Positions 60,014-64,000 of a stretch of DNA of 64,000 nt are shown here, piece after piece. The DNA comes from Candidatus Latescibacterota bacterium. Lineage in GTDB: Bacteria; Latescibacterota; UBA2968. The translations under genes were made by a program, and so were the position numbers. The stretch spans positions 3,904,001-3,968,000 of the forward strand of contig OZ242195.1 of NCBI GenBank assembly GCA_965205975.1, in the 5' to 3' direction. The notes under the pieces are model-generated. The model saw only the letters and a list, made by a program, of their open reading frames with translations, was not told where the DNA came from and ran no database searches. Positions within the stretch are counted from its first letter, which is position 1. The number at the start of each line of letters is the position of its first letter.

Positions 60014-61156
60014 TTGTCTGTGCCAGAGACAATTTTAATCGGATCATTGCCACCCCCTATCACTGGACAAACCATTGCATTTCAGATGACCTGCGAGGGG
60101 TTTCAAAAGCGCGAGTTGCCATATCGGATCATCAACCTCAGCGGGGGAGAACACATACGGCCAGAGGGCGGCTTCTCTCTAAAACGGTTGATGCAACTCC
60201 TCAAACCCTTCTTCAAAGCACTTATCCTTTTATTTGGCAAAAAAAATTTATACCTCAGTGCCACTCAAAATTGGGTGGGATTTCTCAGAGACAGCATATT
60301 CATACTCCTCGCCACCATCGGCAGGCAACGTATTGTGATTCACTTCCAGGGGGGAAATTACGACGGCTTCTATGCCTCCCTCTCGCCCTTGCAACAGTAC
60401 GCGGTGCGCGCCTTTTTCAAACCTGTGGACAAAATATTGATCCTTGGAAAAAGTTTATATAGCATGTTCGATTTTGAACCTGCTCTGCGGGATAAAATAC
60501 AGGTCGTCTTCAATGGCCTGCCGTATGAGAGAGAGGACCTATCCCTTGAACCAAAACATCTGCCATCGGGAGAACGCCCAAAGCTCCTCTTCCTCTCCAA
60601 CCTGATCGTGAGCAAAGGCTACCTCCAGGTACTCGAAGCACTGCACACTCTGGTACATGACTTGAGAATTGACGCCGAATGTCATTTTTGTGGCAGCTTT
60701 GTCCTGGCATCCGACATCTGCCCTTACGCAACCCCCGAAGAAGCGGAAACCGATTTTCTGCACCGGATTGAAAAATTGGGACTGGGCGAACACGCATTCT
60801 GGCATGGTCCCGTCGATGGAAATAAAAAACTTCGTTTCCTGCAAGAAAGTCACTTCTTTTTGCTTCCAACCCGCTATGTGTACGAAGGTCAACCGATATC
60901 CATCATCGAAGCACTCGCATTCGGACTGGTTGTGATTACAACACCCCATCGCACGATACCGGAAATGGTAAAAGATGGTACGGTCGCGGAATTGATCCCC
61001 TTTGGTCAACCCGAGAAAATCGCACGCGCAATCGAATCTTACATCCGAAATCCAGACAAGTTTGAAGCGATGAGTCGCGCATCCATTGACCGATACCGCA
61101 AGACCTTTACCCGCGAACAACACTTGAAGAAATTGATCCCTCTTATTTTGGGATAA
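60014..61156 (+). CDS. GT4 glycosyltransferase
   Basis: LSNL..SKG; EGQPISIIEA. Confidence 0.9.
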   Translation: MSVPETILIGSLPPPITGQTIAFQMTCEGFQKRELPYRIINLSGGEHIRPEGGFSLKRLMQLLKPFFKALILLFGKKNLYLSATQNWVGFLRDSIFILLATIGRQRIVIHFQGGNYDGFYASLSPLQQYAVRAFFKPVDKILILGKSLYSMFDFEPALRDKIQVVFNGLPYEREDLSLEPKHLPSGERPKLLFLSNLIVSKGYLQVLEALHTLVHDLRIDAECHFCGSFVLASDICPYATPEEAETDFLHRIEKLGLGEHAFWHGPVDGNKKLRFLQESHFFLLPTRYVYEGQPISIIEALAFGLVVITTPHRTIPEMVKDGTVAELIPFGQPEKIARAIESYIRNPDKFEAMSRASIDRYRKTFTREQHLKKLIPLILG

Positions 61157-61202
61157 AAGTGGCATCGCCCTGTATTTTCCACCTGACAATGCCAATTAAG
61201 AC

Positions 61203-62726
61203 ATGAACCAAAAACACCAACAAAAGGCATCCTCTCCCCTCTTTAACCTCGCGCAACACGAACGCAAACTCTATTTCTTGCTTGCGCTGAGCCTGTGCGG
61301 TTTGCTCATGGGCATCCTCCTTTTCGACGCCAACCTCTCCCTCACTGGCGACAATGCCCAATTCATCAACCTGGGGCGATCCCTTGCCGATGGGTATGGA
61401 TTCTCGGAAACCATCGAAGGCGAACCCATTCCACACACCAAATACCCCTTTGGATTTCCGCTCCTCCTCGCCATAGTTCACATCCTCTTCCCCGACAACC
61501 TCATCGCGCTCAAAAGCCTCGTCGTCCTCCTCTACGCCATCTCGATCCCGCTCACCTATCTCCTCATCCGCCGCTTTGCGCCTCCCCCCATGGCACTCGG
61601 CGCAAGCGCACTATGTCTCGCATCCCCTCTCCTGTTGGATTACTCGCACCAGGTCATGTCCGAAATCCCCTTTCTCCTGTGCTCTCTCATAGCGCTCCTC
61701 CTCCTCCACCGCGCACGTGAATCCAATACCCTATCTACACTCGCACTTGCAATCATCGCCATAATCGCAGCCTACTACATCCGCAGCGCGGGCATCATCC
61801 TCATCGCCACAGGCATCATCTTCTTTGCCCTGCACAAAAAATGGAAAGAAGCGGGCCTCATCGCCACAGGCAGCTTCCTCCTCGCCCTGCCCTGGCAAAT
61901 CCGCAACGCATCGCTCGGCGGCACCCCCTACATCAAACAACTCCTCAGCATAAACCCCTATCGCCCGGAAGAGGGCATGATCACATTCACCGCCCTGATC
62001 GAACGCATCATCGCAAACCTCGAACTCTACGGCCTACAAATCATTCCCTATATCTTTCTGCCCAGTTTTATCGACGCCAACTACTTCGTCGGCCTCTTCT
62101 TCTCCAGCCTGATCCTCTACGCCCTGATCGCAGGACTCATAAAACGGCACTTGCTCATCGTATATCTCACCTGCTATCTGACCCTCTACATCCTCTGGCC
62201 CCAGGTCTGGTCCGACACGCGCTTTCTCGTCCCCGCCATCCCCATCCTCTTCTACACCATCCTCACCAGCCTGGACGAACTCCTCCACCTTCTCGCCCGA
62301 GCACTAAAAAAACCCGCCTCGCGCGCGGGTGTCGTACTCTTCTTCCTCTTCCTCCTCGGCTCAAATATCTATGAGACCAACAACCTCGCCAAATACACCG
62401 GGAGGTTGCCAACCGAGTGGAACAATTACTTTATCGCTGCAGAATGGATCGGAAAAAACACCGAACCCGACGTCAAAATCGCCTGCCGCAAACCCTTTCT
62501 CATGAACGCCATTGCCAGCCGCAAAGCCACGGGCTACGCCTGGAAAACACCCGATGAGGTCATTGCCGACTTTGAGCAAAAAAGCATCGAAATCGTCGTT
62601 ATCGACCAGATCGGATTCCGCTCCACACCCGAATTTCTCGTCCCCGCGGTCCGGGCACATGAAAACCGCTTTAAAGTCCTCCTCATCGTCCGCAATCCCG
62701 ACACCTACGTCTTAAAATTCAAATGA
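61203..62726 (+). CDS. GT-C (ArnT/GT39-like) membrane glycosyltransferase
   Basis: GDNAQF..LG.SL, YPFGFPLLL, MSEIPF, RFLVP. Confidence 0.82.
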   Translation: MNQKHQQKASSPLFNLAQHERKLYFLLALSLCGLLMGILLFDANLSLTGDNAQFINLGRSLADGYGFSETIEGEPIPHTKYPFGFPLLLAIVHILFPDNLIALKSLVVLLYAISIPLTYLLIRRFAPPPMALGASALCLASPLLLDYSHQVMSEIPFLLCSLIALLLLHRARESNTLSTLALAIIAIIAAYYIRSAGIILIATGIIFFALHKKWKEAGLIATGSFLLALPWQIRNASLGGTPYIKQLLSINPYRPEEGMITFTALIERIIANLELYGLQIIPYIFLPSFIDANYFVGLFFSSLILYALIAGLIKRHLLIVYLTCYLTLYILWPQVWSDTRFLVPAIPILFYTILTSLDELLHLLARALKKPASRAGVVLFFLFLLGSNIYETNNLAKYTGRLPTEWNNYFIAAEWIGKNTEPDVKIACRKPFLMNAIASRKATGYAWKTPDEVIADFEQKSIEIVVIDQIGFRSTPEFLVPAVRAHENRFKVLLIVRNPDTYVLKFK

Positions 62727-62810
62727 CCATCCCATTCGCATTTGTCAAAAAACGCGCCCTTTGCTATCTTTGTCATAATTCTCATCTTCTAATCTCAACA
62801 ATACGCGACC

Positions 62811-63737
62811 ATGGACCTCAGCCTCGTCATACCCCTGCTCAACGAAGAAGAAAGCCTGCGCCCACTCATGGAACAAATCCGCGGCGTACTCTCTACCCAG
62901 AACCGCACCTACGAAGTCATCTTCATCGACGATGGTAGCACCGATGGGTCAATCACCGTATTGGAAGACCTGCACAACACCTATCCCGAAGTCAAAGTCA
63001 TCCAATTCCGACGCAACTTTGGCAAAGCCGCGGCTTATACCGCCGGATTTCAACGCGCACGCGGCACGTATATCATCACCATGGACGCCGACCTGCAAGA
63101 CGACCCCGCAGAAATCCCCAACCTCCTATCCAAAATCGAAGAAGGCTATGACCTCGTCTCCGGATGGAAGAAAAAACGCTTTGATCCCCTGGGCAAAACC
63201 CTCCCCTCCAAATTCTTCAACTGGGTCACGGGCTTTGTATCGGGCATTGACATACACGACTTTAACTGCGGCCTCAAAATCTATCGCAGCGAAGTCACAA
63301 AAGACTTATGCGTACTCGGCGAACTCCACCGCTACATCCCCGTACTCGCCCACCTGGAAGGGTATCGCATCGGTGAAATCCCCGTCCAGCATCACCCGCG
63401 ACAATACGGCGTAACCAAATACGGCTGGGGACGCCTGTTCAAAGGCTTTTTTGACCTCCTCACCGTCATGTACATCGGCAAATACATGGGCCGTCCCCTT
63501 CACCTCTTTGGCACAGTGGGCCTCATCTTTGGCATCACGGGCATGCTCGTCAACGCATATATCGCATCCCTCTGGTTCCAAACCGGCACCATTCAATACC
63601 GGTATCCCCTGCTCATGCTCGGGGTCTTCCTCACCGTACTCGGCGTACAATTCATCTGCACGGGCCTCCTCGCCGACATGTTGACCCGGGGTCCCCAGCC
63701 CAGTGAAAAATTCAACATTCGAAAAATTTTGGAATAA
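62811..63737 (+). CDS. GT2 polyprenol-phosphate glycosyltransferase (ArnC/DPM-like)
   Basis: IPLLNEE, DDGSTD, RNFGK, DADLQD; two C-terminal TMs. Confidence 0.92.
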   Translation: MDLSLVIPLLNEEESLRPLMEQIRGVLSTQNRTYEVIFIDDGSTDGSITVLEDLHNTYPEVKVIQFRRNFGKAAAYTAGFQRARGTYIITMDADLQDDPAEIPNLLSKIEEGYDLVSGWKKKRFDPLGKTLPSKFFNWVTGFVSGIDIHDFNCGLKIYRSEVTKDLCVLGELHRYIPVLAHLEGYRIGEIPVQHHPRQYGVTKYGWGRLFKGFFDLLTVMYIGKYMGRPLHLFGTVGLIFGITGMLVNAYIASLWFQTGTIQYRYPLLMLGVFLTVLGVQFICTGLLADMLTRGPQPSEKFNIRKILE

Positions 63738-64000
63738 ATGACCACCAAAAACATCCTCGTCACCGGCGGCATGGGATTTGTAGGCTCCTACCTCGTCGAT
63801 GAACTCGTACAGCGCGGACACCGCGTCCGCATCTTTGACAACCTGGACCCTCAGGTACACCCCAACCGCGAATTGCCGGACTACGCCAACCCCCATGCCG
63901 AATTTATCCAGGCCGACATCCGCGATCGCGACGCCTTAAAAAAAGCCCTTCACGGCATTGAAATCATCTTCCACAAAGCCGCCGCCGTTGGCGTGGGACA
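63738..64000 (+). CDS. NAD-dependent epimerase/dehydratase, partial (runs off the window)
   Basis: Hand translation MTTKNILVTGGMGFVGSYLVDEL...DNLDPQVH. Confidence 0.88.
   Translation, partial: MTTKNILVTGGMGFVGSYLVDELVQRGHRVRIFDNLDPQVHPNRELPDYANPHAEFIQADIRDRDALKKALHGIEIIFHKAAAVGVG

Overview
This is a 64 kb bacterial chromosomal window. The FlgD-type 'FPNPFNP' C-terminal domains, Rpn genes and repeat families suggest an FCB-superphylum lineage such as Latescibacterota or Gemmatimonadota; this is inference only. Layout: (1) 1-9.7 kb: three tandem large secreted proteins behind a perfect TTGACA-N17-TATAAT promoter and a ~440 nt leader. The two complete ones end in a shared dockerin-like + cohesin-like + FlgD-type tail. 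(2) 10-19.6 kb: a patchwork accessory zone with two GT-C glycosyltransferases sharing a duplicated upstream module, three Rpn copies (full, truncated, and an Rpn-Uma2 chimera), a VapBC-like pair, orphan YefM and Panacea antitoxins, and two coiled-coil/TM paralogues. (3) 19.7-34.7 kb: housekeeping genes (FGE, rplI, rpsR, rpsF, hppA, pth, rplY, ispE, a TPR protein, a sigma-54 activator, DegP-like protease, Xaa-Pro peptidase). (4) 34.8-38.2 kb: an unusual pair, a secreted four-Cache-domain protein and an NCS2 permease fused to an RsbW-like domain. (5) xerD, uvrC, and a partial his operon with an inserted enolase-superfamily gene. (6) 48-64 kb: a glycan biosynthesis cluster interrupted by a Septu-like PtuAB pair, a candidate new toxin-immunity pair and an ATPase-DUF234 gene. 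GTAG- and CGTC-type palindromic repeats are abundant, nested in each other, oriented the same way, and twice sit inside coding sequence. No rRNA, tRNA, CRISPR array, reverse transcriptase or transposase was recognised. All family calls come from motif recognition by eye, not database searches.
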